Source: an uncultured Chloroflexia bacterium | Lineage (GTDB): Bacteria; Chloroflexota; Limnocylindria; Limnocylindrales; CSP1-4 | NCBI GenBank assembly: GCA_963725745.1 | Contig: CAVRZS010000004.1 | Coordinates: 538,576 to 602,575 of the forward strand | Direction of reading: 5' to 3' | DNA length: 64,000 nt | Part shown: one piece after another, positions 56,486 through 64,000 of the stretch | Layout of the letters: every line of letters starts with the position of its first letter | Position numbering within the stretch: position 1 is the stretch's first letter | The notes under the pieces: generated by a model | Told to the model about the DNA's origin: nothing | Databases searched by the model: none | The model's input: the letters and a program-made list of their open reading frames with translations, nothing else | Program-made: the position numbers and the translations under genes

Positions 56486-57268
56486 GTGCCGACCGAGACG
56501 GTTCCCCTGCCCGCGGACGACCCGGAGCTGCGATCGTTCACGCTCGACGAGCTCGAGCGGCGCTGGGCCGATGCCGCCGCCCGCGGCGCGATCACGGGCG
56601 AGACGATGACCGGCCTCGATCGCAAGGCCCAGGCGACCGGCACGCCGGGCGAGACGCTGATGGAGCACGCGGGCACCGCGGTCGCGGCCGCGGCCCACGC
56701 CCTCGCGCTGCACAACGGCCGCCAGGACCGCCCCGTGCTGATCCTCGCGGGACCGGGGAACAACGGCGGCGACGGGTTCGTCGCGGCGCGGCGCCTCGCC
56801 GCCTGGGGCGTCGCATCGATCGTCGTGCTCGTGGCCGCCGAGGAGAAGCCCGGCACCCGCGACGCCGCGCTCAACTGGAAGCGGCTGGACGGGCTCGCGG
56901 GCGTCACCCGCGCCCACGCCCCTGTCGCTCGTGACGTCGCGATCCTGGGGCAGGGGATCGAGAAGGCGGGCGTCGTCGTCGACGCGCTGCTCGGATCCGG
57001 CGTCCAAGGCCGGCTGCGCGAACCGGTGACGTCGGCCGTGGGCCTGATCGGCCGGGCGCATGCCGCCGGGGTTCCGGTGCTCGCCGTGGATACGCCGACG
57101 GCCGTCGACCTGACGTCGGGCGATCCGTCGGACCCCGTCGTCCGGGCCGATCTCACCGTGACCTTTCACCGGCCGAAGACCGGGCTGCGAACGAAGATGG
57201 GGCGAGCGCTGGCCGGGCGGGTGCTGGTCGCACCGATCGGGATCACCGCGGAGGTCGACCGTGCCTGA
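56486..57268 (+). CDS. NAD(P)H-hydrate epimerase (YjeF N-terminal domain)
   Basis: GTG 56486 lies within track ORF 56180..57268. Contains LMEHAGTAVAAAA...VLILAGPGNNGGDGFVAARRLA...VVVDALLGSGVQGRLREP...AVDTPT. Confidence 0.8.
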   Translation: MPTETVPLPADDPELRSFTLDELERRWADAAARGAITGETMTGLDRKAQATGTPGETLMEHAGTAVAAAAHALALHNGRQDRPVLILAGPGNNGGDGFVAARRLAAWGVASIVVLVAAEEKPGTRDAALNWKRLDGLAGVTRAHAPVARDVAILGQGIEKAGVVVDALLGSGVQGRLREPVTSAVGLIGRAHAAGVPVLAVDTPTAVDLTSGDPSDPVVRADLTVTFHRPKTGLRTKMGRALAGRVLVAPIGITAEVDRA

Positions 57269-57467
57269 CGTCCGCCAGCCCGGCGTCCGCGACGTGCTGC
57301 TGGTGGCCGCGGTGGCCGTCGGCGTCGTGCTGCTCGCGGCCGCCGTCACCGCGCTCCTGCCGCGGGAAGGGCAGGGGATCGTGTTCCACACGCCCCTGCT
57401 GCCCCTCGTGCTCGTGGTGGGCACGGTGTTCGTCCTGTGGCGCATCCTCCGGGCGCCCAGGGCCTGA
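57261..57467 (+). CDS. Small membrane protein (two TM helices)
   Basis: 68-aa track ORF. The sequences VLLVAAVAVGVVLLAAAVTALL and LLPLVLVVGTVFVLW are hydrophobic. It overlaps the preceding stop by 8 nt. Confidence 0.45.
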   Translation: MPDVRQPGVRDVLLVAAVAVGVVLLAAAVTALLPREGQGIVFHTPLLPLVLVVGTVFVLWRILRAPRA

Positions 57468-57476
57468 CCGCCCTCC

Positions 57477-59144
57477 ATGACCGACGCCCAGCCTCAACCG
57501 GGACCGCCGTCGCCGCTGGAACGGCGCTCGCAGGACCTGCGGCGCCTCGCCGACGAGCCCTGGGACCTGCTGATCGTCGGCGGCGGGATCGTCGGCGCGG
57601 GCGCGCTGCTCGACGCGGCATCCCGGGGGCTGCGGGTCGCCCTCGTGGAGCAGGACGACATCGCCTCGGGCACGTCGTCCCGGTCGAGCCGGCTGATCCA
57701 CGGCGGGTTGCGCTACCTCCAGCAGTTCCACGTCGGCCTCGTGCGCGAGGCCCTCGCCGAACGCGCCCGCTTGCTCCGGCTGGCGCCGCACTTGGTGCAG
57801 CTCGAGGAATTCCTGTTTCCGCTGTACGGCCTGCCGATCGCCACGCGCGTGTTCTACGAGACGGGCATGTCGATGTACGACGTGCTGGGGTCGGCGAAAT
57901 CCGGCGGGCGGCATCGGCACCTGTCCACCCCGGCGACCCTCGAGTACGCGCCGAACCTTCGGCGGGCAGGCCTGCGCGGCGCGCTTCTCTACCACGACGC
58001 GATGGAGGACGATGCGCGCTACACGCTGGCCGTCGCCCGGACCGCGCTCGCGCACGGCCGCGGATCGGCGATCGCGGTCACGCGGGTTCGGGCGACCGCG
58101 CCGCTGCGGGAGGGCAACCGGGTCACGGGGGCGGTGCTGACGGACATGCTCTCGGGCGCCACGATCGATGCGCACGCCACGGCGGTCCTCGACGCGACCG
58201 GGGTGTGGGCCTCGCTGCCCGAGCGCCCCTTCGGCGCGGGGTCGATCAGCGTGCTGCCGTCGCGGGGCAGCCACCTCGTCGTCGCGCGCGACCGCATCCC
58301 CGCGCGGGGCGGCATGACGCTGCGGATCCCCGGCCGGGTCGCGTTCCTGGTCCCCTGGCCGCGCCACTGGCTGATCGGGACGACCGACACGCCGGATCAC
58401 GGCGCCGTCGATCGGCCGGCGGCGAGCGCGGAGGACGTCGACGAGCTGCTCGGCACGGTGAACGGGGCCCTCGACATCGAGCTGTCGCGCGAAGACGTGG
58501 TCGGCACCTACGCCGGGCTGCGGCCGTTGATCGCCCCGTCGGACTCGACATCGACCGTGAAGGTGTCCCGTGAGCACCGGGTGAGCGTCGAGGGCGAGGG
58601 GCTCGTCCGCGTCAGCGGCGGCAAGTACACGACCTACCGGGTGATGGCGGCCGATGCCGTGGACGCCGTCCTTGGCCCCGCCGGTGCGAGGCGCCGGCCC
58701 AGCGCGACGGCCGAGCTCCCGATCATCGGTGAGGCGGCGCGCCCGGATCTCGAGTCGCTCGTCCAGCGCCTGGCCGGCCGCCATGGGCTGGGGCCCGAGA
58801 TCTTCCGGTCGCTCGTGGACCGCCACGGGACGGAGGCGGAGGCGCTGCTCGAGGCAGGGGCGGCATGCGATCTCAACGGGCCGCTCGCCGACGACGTTCC
58901 CTACCTCGAGAGCGAGGTGACCTGGGCCGTCGAGCACGAGCTGGCGCAGACGCTCGATGACGTCCTGGTCCGCCGCATCCGGCTGGCGCCCGAGCGGCGC
59001 GACCGCGGCGCGTCGATCGCGCCGCGGGTCGCCGAGATCATGGGGCAGCCGCTGGGCTGGGACGAGGCCCGCCGGGCGTTCGAGATCGAGACCTACCTCG
59101 ACTTCGCTCATCGCCAGTTCGACGTGCCCGGGCCGGCGGCATGA
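57477..59144 (+). CDS. glpD: FAD-dependent glycerol-3-phosphate dehydrogenase
   Basis: 555-aa track [55 protein letters not shown] carries the GxGxxG motif with the GlpD context. Confidence 0.9.
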   Translation: MTDAQPQPGPPSPLERRSQDLRRLADEPWDLLIVGGGIVGAGALLDAASRGLRVALVEQDDIASGTSSRSSRLIHGGLRYLQQFHVGLVREALAERARLLRLAPHLVQLEEFLFPLYGLPIATRVFYETGMSMYDVLGSAKSGGRHRHLSTPATLEYAPNLRRAGLRGALLYHDAMEDDARYTLAVARTALAHGRGSAIAVTRVRATAPLREGNRVTGAVLTDMLSGATIDAHATAVLDATGVWASLPERPFGAGSISVLPSRGSHLVVARDRIPARGGMTLRIPGRVAFLVPWPRHWLIGTTDTPDHGAVDRPAASAEDVDELLGTVNGALDIELSREDVVGTYAGLRPLIAPSDSTSTVKVSREHRVSVEGEGLVRVSGGKYTTYRVMAADAVDAVLGPAGARRRPSATAELPIIGEAARPDLESLVQRLAGRHGLGPEIFRSLVDRHGTEAEALLEAGAACDLNGPLADDVPYLESEVTWAVEHELAQTLDDVLVRRIRLAPERRDRGASIAPRVAEIMGQPLGWDEARRAFEIETYLDFAHRQFDVPGPAA

Positions 59145-60640
59145 ACGACGGTCGCGTGATCCTCGCGCTCGACCAGGGCACCACGTCGTCGCGGGCGATC
59201 GCCTTCGACCGCTCGGGCTCGCCGGTCGCGTCTGCCCAGCGCGAGTTCCCGCAGGGGTTTCCGTCCCCCGGCCACGTGACGCATGACCCGGAGGACATCT
59301 GGTCGAGCCAGATCCGCGTCGCCCGCGAGGTCGTCGAGGCGGTCGGCGGCCCGGACAGCGTCACGGCAATCGGCATCACGAACCAGCGCGAGACCGCCGT
59401 CGTGTGGGAGCGGGCGACCGGTCGCGCGGTCGCACCCGCGATCGTGTGGCAGAGCCGGATCACCGCCCCGTTCTGCGACCGGCTGCGCGCCGAGGGCCAC
59501 GAGCCGTTCGTCCGCGAGCGCACCGGCCTGCCGCTGGACGCCTACTTCTCCGGCCCCAAGGTCCGGCACATCCTCGATGAGGGCGACCTGCGTGGCCGGG
59601 CCGAGCGTGGCGAGCTCGCCTTCGGCACGGTCGATGCCTGGCTCGCGTGGCGGCTGACCGGTGGCCGGATCCACGCCACCGACGTGTCGAATGCGTCCCG
59701 GACGCTGCTGTTCGACATCCGGGCGCTCGACTGGGACGACGACCTGCTGCGCCTGATGGAGGTGCCGCGCTCGGTCCTGCCGGACGTCCGCCCGTCGTCG
59801 GTCGCCTGGGGCGGCACCGAGCCCGCGATCTTCGGGCGGCCTATCCCGATCGCCGGCGTCGCCGGCGACCAGCAGGCGGCGATGTTCGGCCAGGCCTGCT
59901 TTGCGCCAGGGGACGCGAAGAACACCTACGGGACCGGCGCGTTCCTGCTCGCGAACGTGGGCGACGCGCCCGTTGCGTCGGAACACGGCCTGCTCTCGAC
60001 GGTGCTGTGGCAGCTGGGCGAGGGCGGTCCGGCCGCCTACGCGCTCGAGGGCTCGGTGTTCATCGCCGGGGCGGCCGTGCAGTGGCTGCGCGACGGGCTC
60101 CGGGCCGTCTCCTCCGCCGCGGAGGTCGAGGAGCTGATGCGGGGCGTCGAGGACACGGGTGGCGTCTACCTCGTCCCGGCGTTCGTCGGCCTTGGCGCTC
60201 CGTACTGGGACCCGGACGCGCGGGGGCTGCTCATCGGCCTCACCCGCGGCACCGGCCTGCCCGAGATCGCACGGGCCACGATCGAGTCGATCGCCTACCA
60301 GCTGCACGACGTCGTCGAGGCGATGACCGCCGACCGAGGCGGGCCGCTGACCGAGCTGCGGGTGGACGGTGGGGCCGCCCGCAACGACGACCTGCTGCAG
60401 TTCCAGGCGGACATCCTCGGCATCGCGGTCGAGCGGCCGGTGGTCACCGAGACGACCGCCTGGGGCGCGGCGGCGCTGGCCGGCCTTGCGGTCGGGTACT
60501 GGTCGTCGCTCGAGGAGCTGGCCGCGATCCGCGCCGTCGACCGCCGCTTCGAGCCCGCGATGGCCGACGAGCGTCGGCGGACGCTCCTGCACGGCTGGGC
60601 TCGCGCGGTCGACCGATCCAGGGGCTGGGCGACCGGCTAG
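59141..60640 (+). CDS. glpK: Glycerol kinase
   Basis: 499-aa track ORF. Contains [43 protein letters not shown], and [22 protein letters not shown]-like segments. ATGA overlaps the glpD stop. Confidence 0.95.
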   Translation: MNDGRVILALDQGTTSSRAIAFDRSGSPVASAQREFPQGFPSPGHVTHDPEDIWSSQIRVAREVVEAVGGPDSVTAIGITNQRETAVVWERATGRAVAPAIVWQSRITAPFCDRLRAEGHEPFVRERTGLPLDAYFSGPKVRHILDEGDLRGRAERGELAFGTVDAWLAWRLTGGRIHATDVSNASRTLLFDIRALDWDDDLLRLMEVPRSVLPDVRPSSVAWGGTEPAIFGRPIPIAGVAGDQQAAMFGQACFAPGDAKNTYGTGAFLLANVGDAPVASEHGLLSTVLWQLGEGGPAAYALEGSVFIAGAAVQWLRDGLRAVSSAAEVEELMRGVEDTGGVYLVPAFVGLGAPYWDPDARGLLIGLTRGTGLPEIARATIESIAYQLHDVVEAMTADRGGPLTELRVDGGAARNDDLLQFQADILGIAVERPVVTETTAWGAAALAGLAVGYWSSLEELAAIRAVDRRFEPAMADERRRTLLHGWARAVDRSRGWATG

Positions 60641-60877
60641 CCTGCACGGCGATCGCCGGCTGGGCAGGCGCGTCCACGCACCACGCTAGGCCGATCGTCC
60701 CGATCAGGACGCTCGAAAATAGGGACTCGCCACCCTCGAGGTTTGCCCGTAGACTGCGCGTGGCGCGGAACGCCGCGCCTGCACACACACGTTCGCACGT
60801 TCGACACTTGGTCTCCTCCGGCACAGACACTCGAGGATCCCGGGCAAAGGGCGGCGACTTACGGAGGAGATCGGCAA

Positions 60878-61285
60878 GTGGCCGACAAGACCCTGACCTG
60901 TTCCGACTGCGGAATGGAGTTCGCATTCACGGAGCGCGAACAGGCCTTCTACGCCGAGAAGGGATTCTCGGAGCCCCGCCGGTGCCCCTCGTGCCGCGCC
61001 AGCCGCAAGGCAGCGCGCTCGGGCGGCGACAGCGGGTATGGCGGCGGCAGCGGCTCGTATTCGAGCGGTGGCGGCAGCTATGACTCCGGGTACGGCGGTG
61101 GCGGCGGCTATTCCGCCGGTGGCTATGGCGGCGGTGGCTACGGCAACCGCAGCAGCAGCGGGCCGCGTGAGATGTTCACGGCGACCTGCTCGAGCTGCGG
61201 CAAGGAAGCCCGCGTTCCGTTCCGGCCGACCAATGGCAAGCCGGTCTATTGCTCGGACTGCTTCCGCACGATGCGCGGCGGCTGA
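60878..61285 (+). CDS. Zinc-ribbon protein: N-terminal CxxC...CxxC ribbon, Gly/Ser/Tyr-rich linker, C-terminal CxxC-x17-CxxC domain
   Basis: GTG 60878 is preceded by GGAGGA 9 nt upstream. VADKTLTCSDCGMEFAFTEREQAFYAEKGFSEPRRCPSCR, then GGDSGYGGGSGSYSSGGGSYDSGYGGGGGYSAGGYGGGGYGN, then TCSSCGKEARVPFRPTNGKPVYCSDCF (exactly 17 residues between the Cys pairs). Confidence 0.75.
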   Translation: MADKTLTCSDCGMEFAFTEREQAFYAEKGFSEPRRCPSCRASRKAARSGGDSGYGGGSGSYSSGGGSYDSGYGGGGGYSAGGYGGGGYGNRSSSGPREMFTATCSSCGKEARVPFRPTNGKPVYCSDCFRTMRGG

Positions 61286-61300
61286 CCAGCACCTCGCTCG

Positions 61301-61337
61301 GACCGGGTCGCGGCGACGCGGCCCGGTCTTCGCGTTT
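61301..61337 (+). terminator. Intrinsic terminator after the zinc-ribbon gene
   Basis: GACCGGGTCGCG-gcga-CGCGGCCCGGTC forms a 12-bp stem with a GCGA loop and is followed by TTCGCGTTT. It starts 16 nt after the stop. Confidence 0.6.
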
Positions 61338-61541
61338 AACCGGTCTTCGCGTTCAGCAGGCCCGGGGGCCCGGGCGGGCCCATCTGGCTCCAACCCGGCC
61401 GGTGAGTCAGCGGCGCCTCGGCGCCGCACGGACGTGACACGTCCAGGCATCCAGCGGCCGCATCCGTGCGGGTAACCGGACGATTTGACTCTGAGCGTGA
61501 GTTCAGGGGCGCGGATCGGTGGCGGCGAGACGGGGCGCGAG

Positions 61542-62180
61542 CTAGTCCCGGCCCAAGAGGCCCAGGTCGAAGCGCCGTTCCGTGCCGTGCAGGAGCCGCT
61601 CGACGTTGTCGGCGTGGGCCAGCCAGACCAACGCCGTTCCGAGCGTCGCGTACACGGGATACGCGAACGGCACCGTCCCATTGGCTGCCAGCCACCAGAT
61701 CCCCACCAGGATTGCGCCGGCGGTGATCGCGAGCAGCGATCCCAGCGACACGTAGCGCGTGACCAGAATCACCCCGATGAACACCGGCGCCCCAACCAGG
61801 ACCGCCGGCGGGAAGATGACCAGCATCGTGCCCACGCTCGTGGCGACGCCCCGCCCGCCCTTGAAGCCGACGAACATCGAGCGGGTCGAGCCGAGGATCG
61901 CGGCGATCGCGCACAGGACCTCGATGGCGGCGCTCCCGGTCAGGTATCGGGCGACGACCACGGGGATCACGCCCTTGAGGACGTCGCCCGTGACCACCAG
62001 CAACGCCCGCTTGCGACCCATCGCCCGCAAGGCGTTGGTGCCGCCGGTCCGGCCGCTGCCCAGCGTCCGCGGATCGGGGGCGTGGGTGAGTCGCGCCACG
62101 ACGATGCCGAACGGGATCGACCCCGCGACGTACGACAGCCCGACGAGCACGATGGCGACGAGGATCTGCTCCGTGGTCAC
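61542..62180 (-). CDS. plsY: Glycerol-3-phosphate acyltransferase PlsY
   Basis: 212-aa track ORF. Contains YVAGSIPFGIVVARL...DPRTLGSGRTGGTNALR...GDVLKG...FKGGRGVATS. Confidence 0.9.
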   Translation of the reverse strand: MTTEQILVAIVLVGLSYVAGSIPFGIVVARLTHAPDPRTLGSGRTGGTNALRAMGRKRALLVVTGDVLKGVIPVVVARYLTGSAAIEVLCAIAAILGSTRSMFVGFKGGRGVATSVGTMLVIFPPAVLVGAPVFIGVILVTRYVSLGSLLAITAGAILVGIWWLAANGTVPFAYPVYATLGTALVWLAHADNVERLLHGTERRFDLGLLGRD

Positions 62181-62572
62181 GCCGCGCGCTGCCTCCGGGA
62201 CGCCGGCGACGCCGGCTGCTGTCGGCGGGAATTTAGCACCGCGCCGATCCGGGCAAACTGCTCATCGGCCCGCTCAGCACTCCCATGACTCATGCGCCGG
62301 CTATCGACCCGGCCTGACGCTCAGCTGGCCCCGCCAACAGCACGCTGAGCAGTCGGGCGACTCAAACGGGCCGTGGAGCGCGTCGGGCGCGGCGACAGGC
62401 GAGCGAATGCCTGCGGATGAGCAATGGGAGTGCTGGGCCGGCGCCTGGCGGCGGGACGGCGAACGGCGGGACAGCGGGCGGGAGGGCGGCCAGCGCCCGG
62501 TGTACGATCGACCCGATGCCCCGAACCTCCCACGCCGGTGCGCGCGTGACCCCAGCGGAGACCCCCTGACCG

Positions 62573-64000
62573 ATGGCCGTCGGCTCTTCCAACGACTTTG
62601 ACCTCGTCGTCCTCGGCGCCGGCACCGGCGGCTACGCGGCGGCGTTCCGCGCCTCGCAGCTGGGGCTCAAGGTGGCCCTCGTTGACGAGGACAAGCTCGG
62701 CGGCACGTGCCTTCACCGCGGCTGCATCCCCACCAAGGCGTTGCTCGAGTCCGCGGCCTTCGCCGAGCGCCTCCGCCACGCGGCCGACTTCGGGCTCAAC
62801 CTGCCCGGCGAGGTGACGATCGACTACGCCCAGATGGCCAAGCGCCGTGACCAGGTCGTGACCCGCATGTGGAAGGGCGTCCAGACGCTCGTCAAGAAGT
62901 ACGACGTGACCTGGATCCAGGGTCGCGGCAAGCTCGACGGCGCGCACAAGGTCCGGGTCCAGATGGCGGGCGACGACGGCACCCCCGGCGCCAAGGGCGA
63001 GCGCGTCCTCAACGCGACTGACGTCATCCTGGCCACCGGATCGCGGGTGAAGTCGCTGCCCGGCATCGAGCCCGACGGCAAGCGGATCGTGACCTCCGAC
63101 GACGTCCTCAAGATGGGCACCCTGCCCGCCAGCGTCATCGTGATCGGGGCGGGCGCGGTCGGTGTCGAGTTCGCGTCGATGTACCACGACCTGGGCTCGA
63201 CCGTGACGGTGCTCGAGTACCTGCCGGCGATCGTGCCGCTCGAGGACCGCGACGTCAGCAAGGAGCTGGAGCGAAGCTTCAGCCGGCGCGGGATCAAGGT
63301 CATGACCAACGCCCGCTTCGACGCCAAGTCGGTCAAGGTCGAGGACGACTGCGTCAAGCTCACCGTCGGGCCCGAGGGCAAGGACACGAGCGAGATCGAG
63401 GCCGAGATCCTGCTGGTCGCGGCCGGCCGCGCCACGAACGTCGAGGACGTCGGCCTCGAGACCACGAGCGCCGAGGTCGACCGGGGCATCGTCAAGGTCG
63501 ACGGCCACATGCGGACGAAGGAAGCCCACCTGTACGCGATCGGCGACATCGTCGGCGGCCTGATGCTCGCCCACACGGCGGCGCACGAGGGGATCACCGC
63601 GGCCCACACGATCGCCGGCGACCCCGACGTCCACCCGATGGACTACGTGATGCAGCCGCGGGCCACGTACTGCCGGCCCGAGATCGCATCGGTCGGGCTC
63701 ACCGAGCAGCAGTGCGAAGAACGGGGCCTGCCGATCAAGGTCGCCAAGGTCCCGTTCCAGGCGATCGCCAAGGCGATCATCGGCGGCGAGTACGAGGGCT
63801 TCGCCAAGGTCATCGGCAACAAGGAGACCGAGGACACGCTCGGCATCCACATCATCGGCCCCCACGCGACCGACCTCATCGCCGAGGCGTCGCTCGCCCT
63901 GTACCTCGACGCGACGCCGTGGGAGATCGGCGCCTCGACCCACGCGCACCCGACGTTCAGCGAGATTCTCGGCGAGACCTCGATGGCGGTCGACGGACGG
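62573..64000 (+). CDS. lpdA: Dihydrolipoyl dehydrogenase (E3), partial; runs off the right edge
   Basis: Not in the track because it has no stop in the window. ATG 62573 gives MAVGSSNDFDLVVLGAGTGGYAAAFRASQLGLKVALVDEDKLGGTCLHRGCIPTKALLES, carrying the FAD GxGxxG motif and the redox-active CLHRGC disulfide. The frame is open to 64000. Confidence 0.9.
   Translation, partial: MAVGSSNDFDLVVLGAGTGGYAAAFRASQLGLKVALVDEDKLGGTCLHRGCIPTKALLESAAFAERLRHAADFGLNLPGEVTIDYAQMAKRRDQVVTRMWKGVQTLVKKYDVTWIQGRGKLDGAHKVRVQMAGDDGTPGAKGERVLNATDVILATGSRVKSLPGIEPDGKRIVTSDDVLKMGTLPASVIVIGAGAVGVEFASMYHDLGSTVTVLEYLPAIVPLEDRDVSKELERSFSRRGIKVMTNARFDAKSVKVEDDCVKLTVGPEGKDTSEIEAEILLVAAGRATNVEDVGLETTSAEVDRGIVKVDGHMRTKEAHLYAIGDIVGGLMLAHTAAHEGITAAHTIAGDPDVHPMDYVMQPRATYCRPEIASVGLTEQQCEERGLPIKVAKVPFQAIAKAIIGGEYEGFAKVIGNKETEDTLGIHIIGPHATDLIAEASLALYLDATPWEIGASTHAHPTFSEILGETSMAVDGR

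Noticed and set aside
54574-57156. 860-aa minus-strand ORF
   Set aside because: Only the C-terminal 307 codons (the LLM oxidoreductase from ATG 55497) are protein-like. The rest is antisense to the mutY-like and yjeF_N genes.

Overview
This window is a high-GC (about 70 percent by eye), actinobacterial-type chromosomal segment that is densely coding on both strands. I saw no rRNA, CRISPR array, transposase or integrase. About 60 protein genes, one tRNA-Gln(CUG) and several cis-regulatory RNAs or operators can be supported.

Recognisable content:
- Housekeeping and metabolism: glnS, ogt, metY-metX, glpD-glpK, plsY, lpd (partial at the right edge), mutY-like glycosylase, aldehyde dehydrogenase, maltokinase.
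- Transport: a TetR-MFS pair; an EXLDI-ABC export operon; a Fur-family regulator next to a cbiM-PDGLE-cbiQ-cbiO Ni/Co ECF transporter; a TPP-riboswitch-controlled ykoE-ykoD-ykoC module; a P-type ATPase next to a tandem USP.
- Signalling: two two-component systems; two ECF sigma / anti-sigma-beta-propeller modules plus a relic of a third; a STAND-type adenylate cyclase (partial at the left edge).

Items worth a second look:
1. A defence-type islet at 2.9-6.5 kb (VapBC, ASCH-wHTH, NERD, SRA-like/Mrr-like nuclease).
2. Many conserved genes interrupted by single-base frameshifts, almost all needing a +1 correction. One anti-sigma gene carries up to six of them within about 420 bp.
3. An intergenic array of five 17-bp palindromic sites at 45.18-45.38 kb.
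4. A perfect 16-bp AT-rich palindrome over a near-consensus promoter of the EXLDI operon.
5. A His-rich tract joining the cbiQ and cbiO reading frames.
6. Structured leaders upstream of metY and of the P-type ATPase.

Many of the longest ORFs in the supplied track are antisense or alternative-frame shadows typical of high-GC DNA and were rejected. All calls come from reading the sequence and motifs by eye; no database search was run.
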